Assembly (NCBI GenBank): GCA_963749495.1
Contig: CAVVMW010000024.1
Location: forward strand, 1 to 64,000
Origin: an uncultured bacterium
Lineage (GTDB): Bacteria; Verrucomicrobiota; Verrucomicrobiia; Limisphaerales; UBA8199
DNA: 64,000 nt
Reading direction: 5' to 3'
This document shows positions 32,863 to 42,476 of the stretch, in pieces. Position numbers and translations under genes: made by a program. Positions within the stretch are counted from its first letter, which is position 1. Each line of letters opens with the position of its first letter. The notes beneath the pieces were generated by a model. That model did no database searches, was not told where the DNA came from, and was given only the letters and a program-made list of their open reading frames with translations.

Positions 32863-35682
32863 TCATCCCCCCGCCCCAAGCTGGGCCAGGGCCTCGAGCA
32901 CGGGCTGGCAGGGGCGGGTTGCCTCGTTGGTGAAGGCACGCAGCAAGGGCAGGGCCTCCTTCCAGCAGGAGGCGAGCGGGGGCAGCAAGGCATCCTTGGG
33001 CGCCGCCGGTTCGGGCAGCCGATTTTGAATGGCCAGCGCGCAGCCCAGGGGCACGACGCCTTCGAGCAAGGCGGCGCGGGCCTCCTCGGCCAGCCCCGCT
33101 TCGTTGAGCACCCGGGCCATCTTGAGCTTGCGGGCCGCATGTTGGCGTTGGGCGGCCAGCTTCTCCAATTCCGCGGCAGAGAGCGCGGGCGGGGCCGATT
33201 CCGGGGCCTCGGCCGGCCAGAGCGGCAGGCTCGCCCGCATGGTCCGGGCGATCAAACCGGCGTCCATGAGCCGTTGCAGCGCCTCGTCGGTGGCTTGGTC
33301 AATGACCTCCAACCGCACCGGCGCCAGCGGGTCCCAGCGGCCCGGGCCGAAGTACTCCTCGTGGAGCGGGGCAAGCTGCTGCCGGTACTGGGCGGCGTCG
33401 CGCTCGACCACGACGTAAAGGACCGAATGGGGTGCGTCGTTCGGGTAACGCTCCTCGCAGCGGAGCAGGGCGGCGCTGAGGCGGCCATGGGCGGCGGCAG
33501 CGAACCCGCGCGCGCGGTCGGCCGGCAGGGGCGGTTTGGCCTCGGGCAATTCCGGCTTGGCCGCCACGGACGGGGTCAGGAGCTGGCGCAGCCGGGAGAC
33601 AAAGGCCTGCCGGCCACTGGTGAGTTTCAATTCCTTGAGATTGCCCTTGCGTTCGAGCACGCCGTCGGCCAGCGCCTGTTTGAGCGAGAGCTTGCCAATC
33701 ATCTCGTGCTCGATGGTCTTTTCGGAGACCAGGTTGATCACGGTGACCGAGCGGGTCTGGTGTTTGCGCCAGGCGCGGGCGATGCGCTGCTCGAGCTTGG
33801 CGGGGTTCCATGGGAGGTCGCAGTTGATCACGACGCTGGCGGCTTGCAGGTTCAGACCCGAGGCGCCCGAGTCGGTGCTCAGGAACACCCGGCATTTCGG
33901 GTCGGATTTGAAGGCATTGATCTCGGCCCGCCGGCGTTTCTGCGGGACGCTGCCGGTGTGCCAGGCGAAGCCCAGATCGAGACGGCGGCACAGCTCGCGC
34001 ACCAATTCGAGCATGCGCTCCCACTCGGAGAAGACCAGCACCTTGACCTCCGGATTGTCGCGGCATTCTTCGAGCAGCCTCCCCAGTTCCCCCAGTTTCG
34101 GACAGGCCCGCTGGTTGGGGTCCAGGATGTAGTTGGTGTCGCAGATCATGCGCATCATGGCCAGGTGGCGCAGCAGCTTCTCGGACTCCTGCTGGGTCAG
34201 GGGACGGCGTTCGGCAATCGAGACCAGCCGCGCCACCACCCCGGCATGGCTGTCATACTCGCCCTGCTGCTCGTCGCTGAGGCGGACGAAAAAATTGCGC
34301 TCGGTCCGCGCCGGCAGCTCGGTCTCCACGTCGGCCTTGCGCCGGCGCACCATGAAGGGGTGGATGAGATCGTGCAACTGGTCGAGGTTGCGATAGCCTA
34401 TGGGGCGGCCGCGGTCATCCAGTTCGTAGAATTGGCGGTTGAACCGGAAGAGCGGCCCCAGCACGGAGGGGTCCAGGAAATCCATCAGCGAGTGGATTTC
34501 ATCAATGCGGTTTTCGATCGGCGTGCCGGTGAGCACAAAGGCGTAACGGCTGCTCAGCCGCTTGATGGCCCGCGTGGTCTTGGTGTCCCAGTTTTTGATC
34601 CGTTGCGCCTCGTCCAGGATGACCACGTCGGGCCGCAGCCGCTGGTTGACCTCCAGCGAGTCGGCCAGCATCTGCTCGTAATTGACGATCGTGAAAAAGG
34701 GCAGGACCGGCCCGTTGCCGGCGGATGGAGCGGCCAAGGCGCCCGCGCCGTCGCGCTGGCCGGCGATGCCGTAGGCCCGCAGCCGCGCCCCCCGCCCCCC
34801 ATACACCAACTGATAAGGCAACTCGGTAAACTGCTGGATCTGCTCCTCCCACTCCGTTTTCAGCGAGGCGGGCGTGACGACCAGAATCCGCGCCGCCTGG
34901 CCGAGCCGGTTCAGCAGGGCGCACGCCGCAATGGCCTGGATGGTCTTGCCCAGCCCCATCTCATCCGCCAGCAGCGCCCGCTCCGTGAAGGCCAGGTGCA
35001 GCATCCCCTCCCGCTGATACGGAAAGAGGGCAACCTTGGTCTCATGCGCCGGCCAGGCCCCGCTCTGGACTTTCAACTCATACTCGCGCCGAAGCTCCTT
35101 GCGTTGCTCGGCGCGCCGCCGCGCCTCCAGCCACGGCCCCAGCTCCTGCGAGAGCCGCAGTTTGGGGACCTTTTCCCCGGCCAGCCGGCCCAGGGCCTCG
35201 ACCGCCTCCTCGGGCGAGCCGGCGCACAGGGCGCCGTCCTCGTCGAACCATTCCCGCAACGCTCCCGGCACCGGGGCGTCGTCCTTGGCCAGCCGAACCA
35301 ATCCGCTCGCCCCGTCAGGCACCACGTCCAGCCGTTGCGGACCGCTCCGCGCCGCCGCCGCGAACAGCCGCTTGAACCGCCCCTCCAACTGCAGCAGCAC
35401 CGCCTCCACGTGCTTGCACGTGCCCAGCCCGTTGATGCGAAAATCGACACAATCACAAGCAAAATGCCGCCCGCGCACGTCCCGGATCTCGACCGAATAG
35501 GTCAGGCCGCTGGTGGACTTGACACGGAAGTTGGAGCAGATCGGGTGCCGCGCGTCGGTGTTGGACACCGAGAACCCCTCCGTTTGGGCCCGGGCGCGGC
35601 GGCGGTTGATCTCGTCCTGGTCGGTCGTCCGCCAATTGTGCGGCGACGGCACTGCGATTTCGGGCGTTGCTTTGCTTCGCAT
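32863..35682 (-). CDS. SWIM zinc finger + SNF2-family helicase
   Basis: CDC..TCKH SWIM motif; ADEMGLGKT, LDEAQRIKN, LTGTPIEN, VFSEW, GLNLQ and QRIARAWR. Confidence 0.92.
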   Translation of the reverse strand: MRSKATPEIAVPSPHNWRTTDQDEINRRRARAQTEGFSVSNTDARHPICSNFRVKSTSGLTYSVEIRDVRGRHFACDCVDFRINGLGTCKHVEAVLLQLEGRFKRLFAAAARSGPQRLDVVPDGASGLVRLAKDDAPVPGALREWFDEDGALCAGSPEEAVEALGRLAGEKVPKLRLSQELGPWLEARRRAEQRKELRREYELKVQSGAWPAHETKVALFPYQREGMLHLAFTERALLADEMGLGKTIQAIAACALLNRLGQAARILVVTPASLKTEWEEQIQQFTELPYQLVYGGRGARLRAYGIAGQRDGAGALAAPSAGNGPVLPFFTIVNYEQMLADSLEVNQRLRPDVVILDEAQRIKNWDTKTTRAIKRLSSRYAFVLTGTPIENRIDEIHSLMDFLDPSVLGPLFRFNRQFYELDDRGRPIGYRNLDQLHDLIHPFMVRRRKADVETELPARTERNFFVRLSDEQQGEYDSHAGVVARLVSIAERRPLTQQESEKLLRHLAMMRMICDTNYILDPNQRACPKLGELGRLLEECRDNPEVKVLVFSEWERMLELVRELCRRLDLGFAWHTGSVPQKRRRAEINAFKSDPKCRVFLSTDSGASGLNLQAASVVINCDLPWNPAKLEQRIARAWRKHQTRSVTVINLVSEKTIEHEMIGKLSLKQALADGVLERKGNLKELKLTSGRQAFVSRLRQLLTPSVAAKPELPEAKPPLPADRARGFAAAAHGRLSAALLRCEERYPNDAPHSVLYVVVERDAAQYRQQLAPLHEEYFGPGRWDPLAPVRLEVIDQATDEALQRLMDAGLIARTMRASLPLWPAEAPESAPPALSAAELEKLAAQRQHAARKLKMARVLNEAGLAEEARAALLEGVVPLGCALAIQNRLPEPAAPKDALLPPLASCWKEALPLLRAFTNEATRPCQPVLEALAQLGAGG

Positions 35683-35877
35683 CCGCCAAATTAGCCAACG
35701 CCCGCTCCGGAAAGTCAAAACCGAGTTGGGAAAAGTTGTTCACAGGATGTTCACTTGGCCCCTCTGCGTCGCTCCGCAACGCGCGCGCTACCGCCTCGGC
35801 TCGTGATGGTTTTGCCAGCAATGATTTCGCCCCGCCGTAACCGGTCACTGAAGGCGGAGGCAGAGTCCGCGGGGGAC

Positions 35878-35949
35878 CCCTCACCCCGGCCCTCTCCCCT
35901 TCCCCGGTAGGATCGGGGCAAGGGGGCGGGGAGAGGACCGGGGTGAGGG
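35878..35949. repeat. REP-like hairpin CCCTCACCCCGG..CTCTCCCC / GGGGAGAG..CCGGGGTGAGGG
   Basis: Near-perfect ~22-bp inverted repeat, read directly. Confidence 0.8.
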
Positions 35950-36049
35950 CTCTGCCCGCGGTGCCGCTCCCGCCTCCACTGAGGCCTTACCGTTGGGTCG
36001 CTCCTCTTGTTGACCGCATCGCCCATAGCCCATATTCTCCCCCATTCCG

Positions 36050-36619
36050 ATGCAGCTTCCGTTAGCCACGAGATTGGTCAACAGGGGTTCTGGAGAAAGC
36101 GTGCCCGGAATCATCCGGATCGCGATCGAAAGAGACCTGCTGTTGTGGACGGGTTGGCGATACAGGCAGACCGACGAGGACAGAGCCTGGGATTGGTGGG
36201 GCATCTACCGGGAATGCAGAGCGTCGCGCGGCCGGTACGAGTGTTATGCTGCGCTGGCCCTGGATGACCTCCAGGGGCTTGCGGTGCTGGATCTCAAAAC
36301 GAAAAAGACAAGCGTGGGTGGCGCCATCACTGTCGATTACCTCTCTACCAACCCGGCCAACCGGAAGCCGACTCACGGTCTCAAGCACGTTGGGGTGGCG
36401 CTCCTGGCTGCAGCCGTAGCCAGGAGCGTGGAAAGCGGTGCAAGAGGCAGCCTTTGGCTGGAGTCTCTGCCAGGCGCAGCAGGTTTTTATGAGAGTCTGG
36501 GGATGGCTAGGCGGCCTCGCAGGTCAGCAGAGGGGAACCTCGTCTACCTCCTTGATCCAGCAACGGCAGAACAATTGCTTGAAGAAATCAAAGGGCACGG
36601 CATAGTGGTACTACCATGA
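36050..36619 (+). CDS. GNAT-family acetyltransferase
   Basis: VDYLSTNP, KHVGVALL and LESLPGAAGFYESLGM; promoter TTGACC-17-TATTCT just upstream. Confidence 0.8.
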   Translation: MQLPLATRLVNRGSGESVPGIIRIAIERDLLLWTGWRYRQTDEDRAWDWWGIYRECRASRGRYECYAALALDDLQGLAVLDLKTKKTSVGGAITVDYLSTNPANRKPTHGLKHVGVALLAAAVARSVESGARGSLWLESLPGAAGFYESLGMARRPRRSAEGNLVYLLDPATAEQLLEEIKGHGIVVLP

Positions 36620-36894
36620 AGCATCGAATTGACCTGGAGAAAGCCGCTGAGGTCGAGGCCTTCGGAGCGCTGGCCTTGCGCTCATGGCGTAAGCACCGTA
36701 GCGTCGGAGTTGCTGACGGGCCGTTCACGTCGGCTCAAAGCCGCGCGCTTTCCGACTTGGCTCGCTCAATGCTTCAGATCGCGAAGGAGGCGGGCGCCCA
36801 AGAGAGGCCTATTACCATCGGGGGCGTTTCCTTCGAGTTGCGGGAGAACGGAGTCGAGGAAGTCCTTTCAATTCGAACGGGTTCGCCCTCTTAA
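36616..36894 (+). CDS. Small hypothetical protein coupled to the GNAT gene
   Basis: ATGA overlap with the GNAT stop; 92 aa. Confidence 0.55.
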   Translation: MKHRIDLEKAAEVEAFGALALRSWRKHRSVGVADGPFTSAQSRALSDLARSMLQIAKEAGAQERPITIGGVSFELRENGVEEVLSIRTGSPS

Positions 36895-36948
36895 CTCATT
36901 CAGTTTCAGTCATGTTGCCCGAGGCGTCTGAACCAATAGTGAAGACCA

Positions 36949-37977
36949 ATGGAAGCTTACGATACATTGCAGGCGGAACTGAAAGAGGCGCCGCGAACCT
37001 GGCTGGTGACCGGGGCGGCAGGGTTCATCGGCTCCCATTTGCTGGAGACGTTGTTGCGGCTGGAGCAGCACGTGACGGGGTTGGACAATTTCGCGACCGG
37101 CAAACGCGGCAATCTCGAGCAGGTGCGGGCGCAAGTGAGCCCCGGGCAATGGGCGCGGTTGCGGTTTATCGAGGCCGACATCGCGGAGGTGGAGGCCTGC
37201 CGGCGGGCGTGCGCCGGGGTGGACCTGGTGTTGCACCAAGCGGCGCTGGGTTCAGTGCCGCGCTCGCTGGAGGACCCGCTCGGCAGCCACCGCGCCAACG
37301 TGACCGGTTTTGCCAACATGCTGGTGGCCGCGCGCGCCGCTGGGGTCAAACGCCTGGTCTATGCCTCCAGCAGCTCGGTCTATGGCGATTCCCCGCGGCT
37401 GCCCAAAGTCGAGCAGGAGACCGGCTCGCCTCTGTCGCCTTACGCAGCGACCAAGGCGATGGACGAACTCTACGCCATGGTCTTCGCGCACGCATACGGG
37501 TTCCAGACCGTGGGCCTGCGCTATTTCAACGTATTCGGCCCGCGCCAGGACCCGGAGGGCGCCTATGCCGCGGTCATCCCCAAATGGATTGCAGCCCTGC
37601 TCCACCGGGAGCCGGTCTGCATCAACGGAGACGGCGCGACGAGCCGCGACTTTTGTTACGTGACGAACGTGGTCCAGGCCAACCTCCTGGCGGCAACCAC
37701 TCCCCGGCCCGAGGCGGTCAACCAGGTCTATAACATCGCTCTGGGGGACCGCACCACGTTGAACCAACTCTTCGGGCTCGTCCAGGGCGCATTGCGCAAG
37801 CTGGACCCGACCCTGCCCGAGCAAAAGCCGATCTACCGGGACTTCCGGCCCGGGGACGTCAAGCACTCCCTGGCCGACATCGCCAAGGCCCAGGGCCTGC
37901 TCGGCTACGCCCCCACCCACCGCATCGGCCAGGGCCTGGATCTGGCCATGGCCTGGTACAGAGCGAACTTGATATAG
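36949..37977 (+). CDS. UDP-GlcNAc/UDP-GlcNAcA 4-epimerase (WbpP/TviC-like SDR)
   Basis: [36 protein letters not shown] and RPGDV motifs. Confidence 0.9.
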   Translation: MEAYDTLQAELKEAPRTWLVTGAAGFIGSHLLETLLRLEQHVTGLDNFATGKRGNLEQVRAQVSPGQWARLRFIEADIAEVEACRRACAGVDLVLHQAALGSVPRSLEDPLGSHRANVTGFANMLVAARAAGVKRLVYASSSSVYGDSPRLPKVEQETGSPLSPYAATKAMDELYAMVFAHAYGFQTVGLRYFNVFGPRQDPEGAYAAVIPKWIAALLHREPVCINGDGATSRDFCYVTNVVQANLLAATTPRPEAVNQVYNIALGDRTTLNQLFGLVQGALRKLDPTLPEQKPIYRDFRPGDVKHSLADIAKAQGLLGYAPTHRIGQGLDLAMAWYRANLI

Positions 37978-38247
37978 GCCCTCGGCCAAGGGCGCTTCCC
38001 GGCACTGCCCCCGGAGTGCGCCCGTCCCCGGGCGCAGCAGCGACGGAGCGGGCAGGCGCGATGGAGTGGTTGACCGCTGCCCTGGCTCCGGACGGCGCTG
38101 CGCCCGAGGACGGGCGCACTCCGGTCCGGCCCCCGGCGGTGGGGGCAGTGTCGGGATGCGCCGCGCAGCCATCAGGATTCGGACAAATCCAAGAATCAAA
38201 AGAAGGTCATGCGGGCAGACTCCTTCACCCGGGTCTGTGGTGCCCGA

Positions 38248-38817
38248 TCATTGCCCTGCTTTGGTTTCGGAGCGGAGGGCGTCGAGTTCCGGGCGGACCT
38301 GCTCCTTGATTTGCGCGCTCATGCGGTCGATGAAGAGGATGCCCTGGAGGTGATCGATTTCGTGCTGGATGACGCGCGCGAGCAAGCCCCCGCAACGGAA
38401 GCGGGCCGGCTCTCCCCGCGCATCCAGGGCGGTTACATCCACCATGTCCGGCCGGGCGATGTCGGCGTAGATCTCCGGGAAACTGAGGCAGCCTTCGGGG
38501 CCGGCCACCGGATCGCCGATGGGGGTGATTTGCGGGTTGATGAGCACCAGGGGCATGAATTGGGCCACGTCCGCTGGCCCTCCGTTTAGCTCGAGCGAGG
38601 AAGGGCGGTCGGTGGCCCCGCGCACATCGATGACCGTGAGTTGGACGGGCACGCCGACCTGTTGCGCGGCCAGGCCAATGCCCTTGTAGGCGTACATCGT
38701 TTCGAGCATGTCGGCGATCAGCCGCGTGATGGCGGGCGTGACGCTCTCGATGCGCGCCCCTTTCTGGCGCAGCACCGGCTCTCCGTATTTCACAATCATC
38801 AACACCACACGCCACAC
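38248..38817 (-). CDS. def: Peptide deformylase
   Basis: GIGLAA, EGCLS and QHEIDH motifs; the true start may be a few codons downstream. Confidence 0.95.
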   Translation of the reverse strand: MWRVVLMIVKYGEPVLRQKGARIESVTPAITRLIADMLETMYAYKGIGLAAQQVGVPVQLTVIDVRGATDRPSSLELNGGPADVAQFMPLVLINPQITPIGDPVAGPEGCLSFPEIYADIARPDMVDVTALDARGEPARFRCGGLLARVIQHEIDHLQGILFIDRMSAQIKEQVRPELDALRSETKAGQ

Positions 38818-38854
38818 CCTGCCTTATCCGCGCCTGCTCCGCAACCTCCGGTGG

Positions 38855-39778
38855 TCATTCGGGCTTTACGCCGAGAATCTCGAGCACGCGCTCGAGCTCC
38901 GCGTCGCTGAAGAAGGAGATCTCCAGGGCGCCTTTGCCCTGCGCGTATCGCAAGTGGACTTTGGCGCCCAATCGCTGGCGAAGCCGGTCTTCGAGGCTGG
39001 CCAGGTGCGGGTCCTGATGGGGTTGGGGGCCGGGGCCCGGCTTTGCCAACCCAGCCTCGGTTTGGCGGGCCTGGAGGCGCGCGACCAGGACCTCGGTCTG
39101 GCGGACGTTGAGTCCATCCCTGACGATGCGCTCGGCCGCCAGCTTCTGCTGCGGCTCGGCGGGCAGGGCCAGGATGACTTTGCCATGGCCCGGCGAGAGC
39201 CGGCCTGCCCGGATGAGGTCCTGGATGGCGGGGGCCAGCTTCAACAGACGCAACGAGTTGGCCACCGCCGCCCGGCTCTTGCCCACCTGGGTGGCGACCT
39301 GCTCCTGGGTGAGCTGAAATTGCTCGATGAGCTGCGAGTAGCCCTGGGCCTCCTCGATGGCGTTGAGGTTTTCCCGCTGCAGGTTCTCGATGAGGGCCAA
39401 CTCGAGGGCCGCGCGGTCGTCGGCGGCGCGGACAATCACCGGCACTTCGGCCAGGCCGAGCAGTTGGGCGGCCCGCCAGCGGCGTTCGCCGGCAATCAAC
39501 TCGAGCCGCCCCTCGCGCTCGCGCACAATGAGGGGCTGAACGATGCCCTGCTCCTTGATCGAATCGGCCAGTTCGCGCAACGCCTCGGGGGAGAACTCCT
39601 TGCGGGGCTGGAAGGGGCTGGAGTGGACGCGCCCCAGGGGCACCTGTCGCACCTGCTCGAGCGTGTCGGGCGGGGCCGTTGCGGCCAAGGTTGTCGAGGA
39701 GGCCGGCGCGGGCGGCTTGGCGATGGAGTTGCCGCCGAGAAGCGCGCCCAAGCCCCGGCCCAGAGCTGGCTTTGCCAT
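38855..39778 (-). CDS. parB: ParB/Spo0J partitioning protein
   Basis: LGRGLGAL, QPRK, GIVQP, AGERRWRAA, ENLQRENL and an HTH. Confidence 0.95.
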   Translation of the reverse strand: MAKPALGRGLGALLGGNSIAKPPAPASSTTLAATAPPDTLEQVRQVPLGRVHSSPFQPRKEFSPEALRELADSIKEQGIVQPLIVREREGRLELIAGERRWRAAQLLGLAEVPVIVRAADDRAALELALIENLQRENLNAIEEAQGYSQLIEQFQLTQEQVATQVGKSRAAVANSLRLLKLAPAIQDLIRAGRLSPGHGKVILALPAEPQQKLAAERIVRDGLNVRQTEVLVARLQARQTEAGLAKPGPGPQPHQDPHLASLEDRLRQRLGAKVHLRYAQGKGALEISFFSDAELERVLEILGVKPE

Positions 39779-39784
39779 GGCCCC

Positions 39785-39813
39785 AGAGTGTCGCAAGCCC
39801 GCCAGGTTGTCAA
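39785..39813 (-). promoter_or_regulatory. Putative leaderless promoter of parB
   Basis: TTGACA-17-CACTCT-6 nt-ATG. Confidence 0.6.
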
Positions 39814-39926
39814 TCCGGGGCCTACGCTCGGTAGTGTCCTAATTTGGGCAGTGGGGGCCTGTCAGGAGTGAGTCGGGGGATGATTTTTGGCTTTGGAAAC
39901 GCCCCGCCGGCTGGTATCTGAGGGGT

Positions 39927-40196
39927 GTGGAACTCCTATCCGCCAAAACGAAAGAAACGCTCAGAGATTCCGTTCAAATGTTTCTGCTGTGTTTTTGTCT
40001 CCTGGCCTTCGCAATTTGTTTCACCTATGTGGAAGATTGGCTTGTTAAAACAAACCGGCCCGCCTACCTGTGCTGGGGCGCGCAGTACTTGGCCCTGGTG
40101 TCATTCGGTGTCGATATTTGGATATTCACCGCCACCCTTGCAAAGCTCGCCATCCGGGCATATCGTGACTTTAGAAATGAAATCTCGAAAAAATAA
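39927..40196 (+). CDS. Small two-TM hypothetical protein
   Basis: 89-aa ORF with two hydrophobic segments. Confidence 0.5.
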   Translation: MELLSAKTKETLRDSVQMFLLCFCLLAFAICFTYVEDWLVKTNRPAYLCWGAQYLALVSFGVDIWIFTATLAKLAIRAYRDFRNEISKK

Positions 40197-40456
40197 TCTC
40201 TGGTCAAAATACAGGTTCGATTTTGCATTTTCTGTAGTCCTGGCCTGTGTGGCCGCTCCGGTGATTATTGCGCTCCGTTACAATGGTTGGGTTATTGGGG
40301 CGGTATTCGCTATTGGAGCCATAGTGATCATTGTCCATGAGCTGGCCTTATCATTTCAAGAAGACCCAGAGGATTATTGTTTCAGTGTTGACATCCAACA
40401 TACTCAAGTGTTAGATTGGCGTTGGAAATTTGGACAAAAAACGCTTATGTCAAAGA

Positions 40457-40903
40457 TTATTGCTGCTGGGGCGGCTGGATTTGCGGCGCTGGCGGCTGGG
40501 GCTGGGTCGACGGAGTTTGTCGCACGCTCAACAGGAACGTTGCCGCCTCCATCCCATCAATCGCCAAGCCAAGCGAGTAGTCCCCAAAACTCGGTAACCG
40601 TAATTGCGGAATTACCATCACCATCTGCGTCGTGGCAGATGTTTCATTGGGTCCAATTTGAATCTGCGTCTGAGCGTCAAGCCGCGGCATTATCAGATGA
40701 CCGTCCGCATCGGTGAATGAAATCCTGATCCGCTTTACGCCTTCCTCGATTTGGGTAAACCGGATTTTGATTGCCAGAGTGCAAAGGGGATAAATGGCCG
40801 GAGTCGCTTGGAGCCACATTCGGTCGAACGTTCCGAGGATATTGAGCTTACCAGATGCATCCACGGTCGCGGCATCGCAGAGGGTGAAGATTTCTACTTT
40901 CAT
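40457..40903 (-). CDS. DUF6941-like beta-rich protein
   Basis: LCDAA...GKLNILGTFD and GDYSL motifs. Confidence 0.7.
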   Translation of the reverse strand: MKVEIFTLCDAATVDASGKLNILGTFDRMWLQATPAIYPLCTLAIKIRFTQIEEGVKRIRISFTDADGHLIMPRLDAQTQIQIGPNETSATTQMVMVIPQLRLPSFGDYSLGLAIDGMEAATFLLSVRQTPSTQPQPPAPQIQPPQQQ

Positions 40904-40908
40904 TTCGG

Positions 40909-41223
40909 TTATTTTTTGCTTTTAGATTCACTGACAATTGCTGCCCGGAGTGCGCTTTGCGGCGAAGCCACTGGCGGCATTTCCAGCACCGCCACAAACT
41001 TCTCGTTCCGGTTCTGCGGCGCGTCTGGGTGCCTCCAGGCGAAGCAGCGTTTGGCTTTGGGGTGTGCGCTCAAATAAAAGACTTCAACCCGGCCCCGCCA
41101 AACGGTTTGGCCTCGAAAGACTTCATGCACCGGCACGGTTTCGCGCCAGACGGCCCCGCACTTGTGCAAGTTCTGGATCGCGACTTGCAGCCGGTCCACG
41201 TATTGCCGCTTACTCTCCACAGG
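40909..41223 (-). CDS. Conserved hypothetical protein downstream of the IS1-like transposase
   Basis: VPVHEVFRGQTVWRG.VEVF.L..HPKAKRCFAW and PPVASPQSALRAAI. Confidence 0.65.
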   Translation of the reverse strand, partial: PVESKRQYVDRLQVAIQNLHKCGAVWRETVPVHEVFRGQTVWRGRVEVFYLSAHPKAKRCFAWRHPDAPQNRNEKFVAVLEMPPVASPQSALRAAIVSESKSKK

Positions 41224-41425
41224 CTTCAACCAGATCGCCAAGGGTCCAAATGCTCTGCTCGACTCCGGCAGCTTGGGCCGGCGTGGTTCTCAGGGCAAGA
41301 TGAATCTTGCACAGGTTGTAGTAGCAGAAATGCAGGGCGATTGCGGCCCTGAAGTTCTCTAGCTTCTTGGAGAAAGCGTTTGTCAGCCTAGTAAGCCGCC
41401 GGACGTGCATCCTGACCGTGTGGTC
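41210..41425 (-). pseudogene. IS1-family transposase, C-terminal fragment
   Basis: TVRMHVRRLTRLTNAFSKKLENFRAAIALHFCYYN...TTPAQAAGV...WT. Confidence 0.8.
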
Positions 41426-41443
41426 CGAGGCCTTTGGGAGACT

Positions 41444-41499
41444 TTTCACGTTTCGCGTTTCACGCCTCACGTTTCGCGTTCACGGTTCACGGTTCACGT
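41444..41499. repeat. 7-mer tandem array (TTTCACG)n
   Basis: About eight degenerate units, read directly. Confidence 0.8.
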
Positions 41500-41559
41500 C
41501 AACTTTTCCCGGCGACAAAATCGGTTGCAAAGCGGTGCCGGGGCCTGCAATCTGGTCAC

Positions 41560-42135
41560 GTGCAATCGGTGATTACAGGACCAGTGTACGTGGTGCGGGA
41601 CCACATCGATACCGACCAGATCATTCCGGCCCAGTATTTGAACCTGGTGCCGACAATTCCCGAGGAGTATGAGAAGCTGGGCGCTTATGCGCTGAGCGGG
41701 CTGCCCGAGGCGCTGTATCCGGCGCGTTTCGTCAAGGAAGGCCAGGTGGACAGCGACTACGCCATCGTGGTGGCGGGGCGCAATTTCGGGTGCGGCAGTT
41801 CGCGCGAACACGCCCCCATCGCCCTGGGCTCAGCCGGGTGCAAGGTGGTCCTGGCCGAGAGCTTCGCCCGCATCTTTTTCCGCAACAGCGTTGCCACCGG
41901 CGAACTCTACCCGTGTGAATGTCTGGATCGGCTCTGCAACGTCCTGAAAACGGGCGAAGTGGTCGCGGTGGACTTGGACTCCCAGACCGTCACCGTGCAG
42001 AGCACCGGCCGGGTCCACAAGTTCAAACCGCTGGGAGACGTGCGGCCCGTGGTCGATGCGGGCGGGTTGTTCAATTACGCGCGCCAGACCGGGATGATGC
42101 CTGGCGCACCGGGCAAAACAGGGCCGCGGTCCTAA
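41560..42135 (+). CDS. leuD: 3-isopropylmalate dehydratase small subunit (LeuD/HacB-like)
   Basis: IDTDQIIPA, NFGCGSSREHA and SFARIFFRN motifs; TTGCAA-17-CAATCT-6-GTG upstream. Confidence 0.85.
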   Translation: MQSVITGPVYVVRDHIDTDQIIPAQYLNLVPTIPEEYEKLGAYALSGLPEALYPARFVKEGQVDSDYAIVVAGRNFGCGSSREHAPIALGSAGCKVVLAESFARIFFRNSVATGELYPCECLDRLCNVLKTGEVVAVDLDSQTVTVQSTGRVHKFKPLGDVRPVVDAGGLFNYARQTGMMPGAPGKTGPRS

Positions 42136-42337
42136 GCAGGAGTGCAAAGGAAATGTCGCAATGTGAATTGACGTTCGGGCCAGGCCCGGCATCCGTTGGT
42201 TCAGGCCGCAGGCCCGGAGATTCTGGTTTTCCCTGCCGGCGTGCAAGAGCCAAAGCCCATGCTCTTTCAGCCCGAGGAGGGGCGCGTTCGCTGGGCAGTG
42301 CCGGGATGGGCCCAGGGGCACCCGGGCCGGCTCCACA

Positions 42338-42468
42338 CCAATCCACTAATCCACCAATCCATCAATCCATCACTCCACCCCCCGCGCCCCCGGGGCGCCT
42401 GGCAATAGGCGATAGCCGATAGCCGATAGCCGGCAGCCGATAGCCGATAGCCAATAGCCAATAGCCGA
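42338..42468. repeat. Adjacent 8-mer (CAATCCAY)n and 7-mer (GATAGCC)n arrays
   Basis: Arrays at 42338-42377 and 42403-42468, between convergent genes. Confidence 0.85.
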
Positions 42469-42476
42469 GTGCCGGC

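Larger units (their letters stand above)
39830..41425 (-). mobile_element. Remnant of an IS1-family-like element with passenger genes
   Basis: Terminal-like GGTAGTGTCCTAATTTG at 39830; transposase C-terminus at 41210-41425; more AT-rich interior; the other end is not seen. Confidence 0.55.

Noticed and set aside
22586..35694. Very long antisense ORFs (e.g. 22586..25510, 28869..30923, 32743..35694)
   Set aside because: These are shadows of real opposite-strand genes in high-GC DNA and carry no recognisable motifs.
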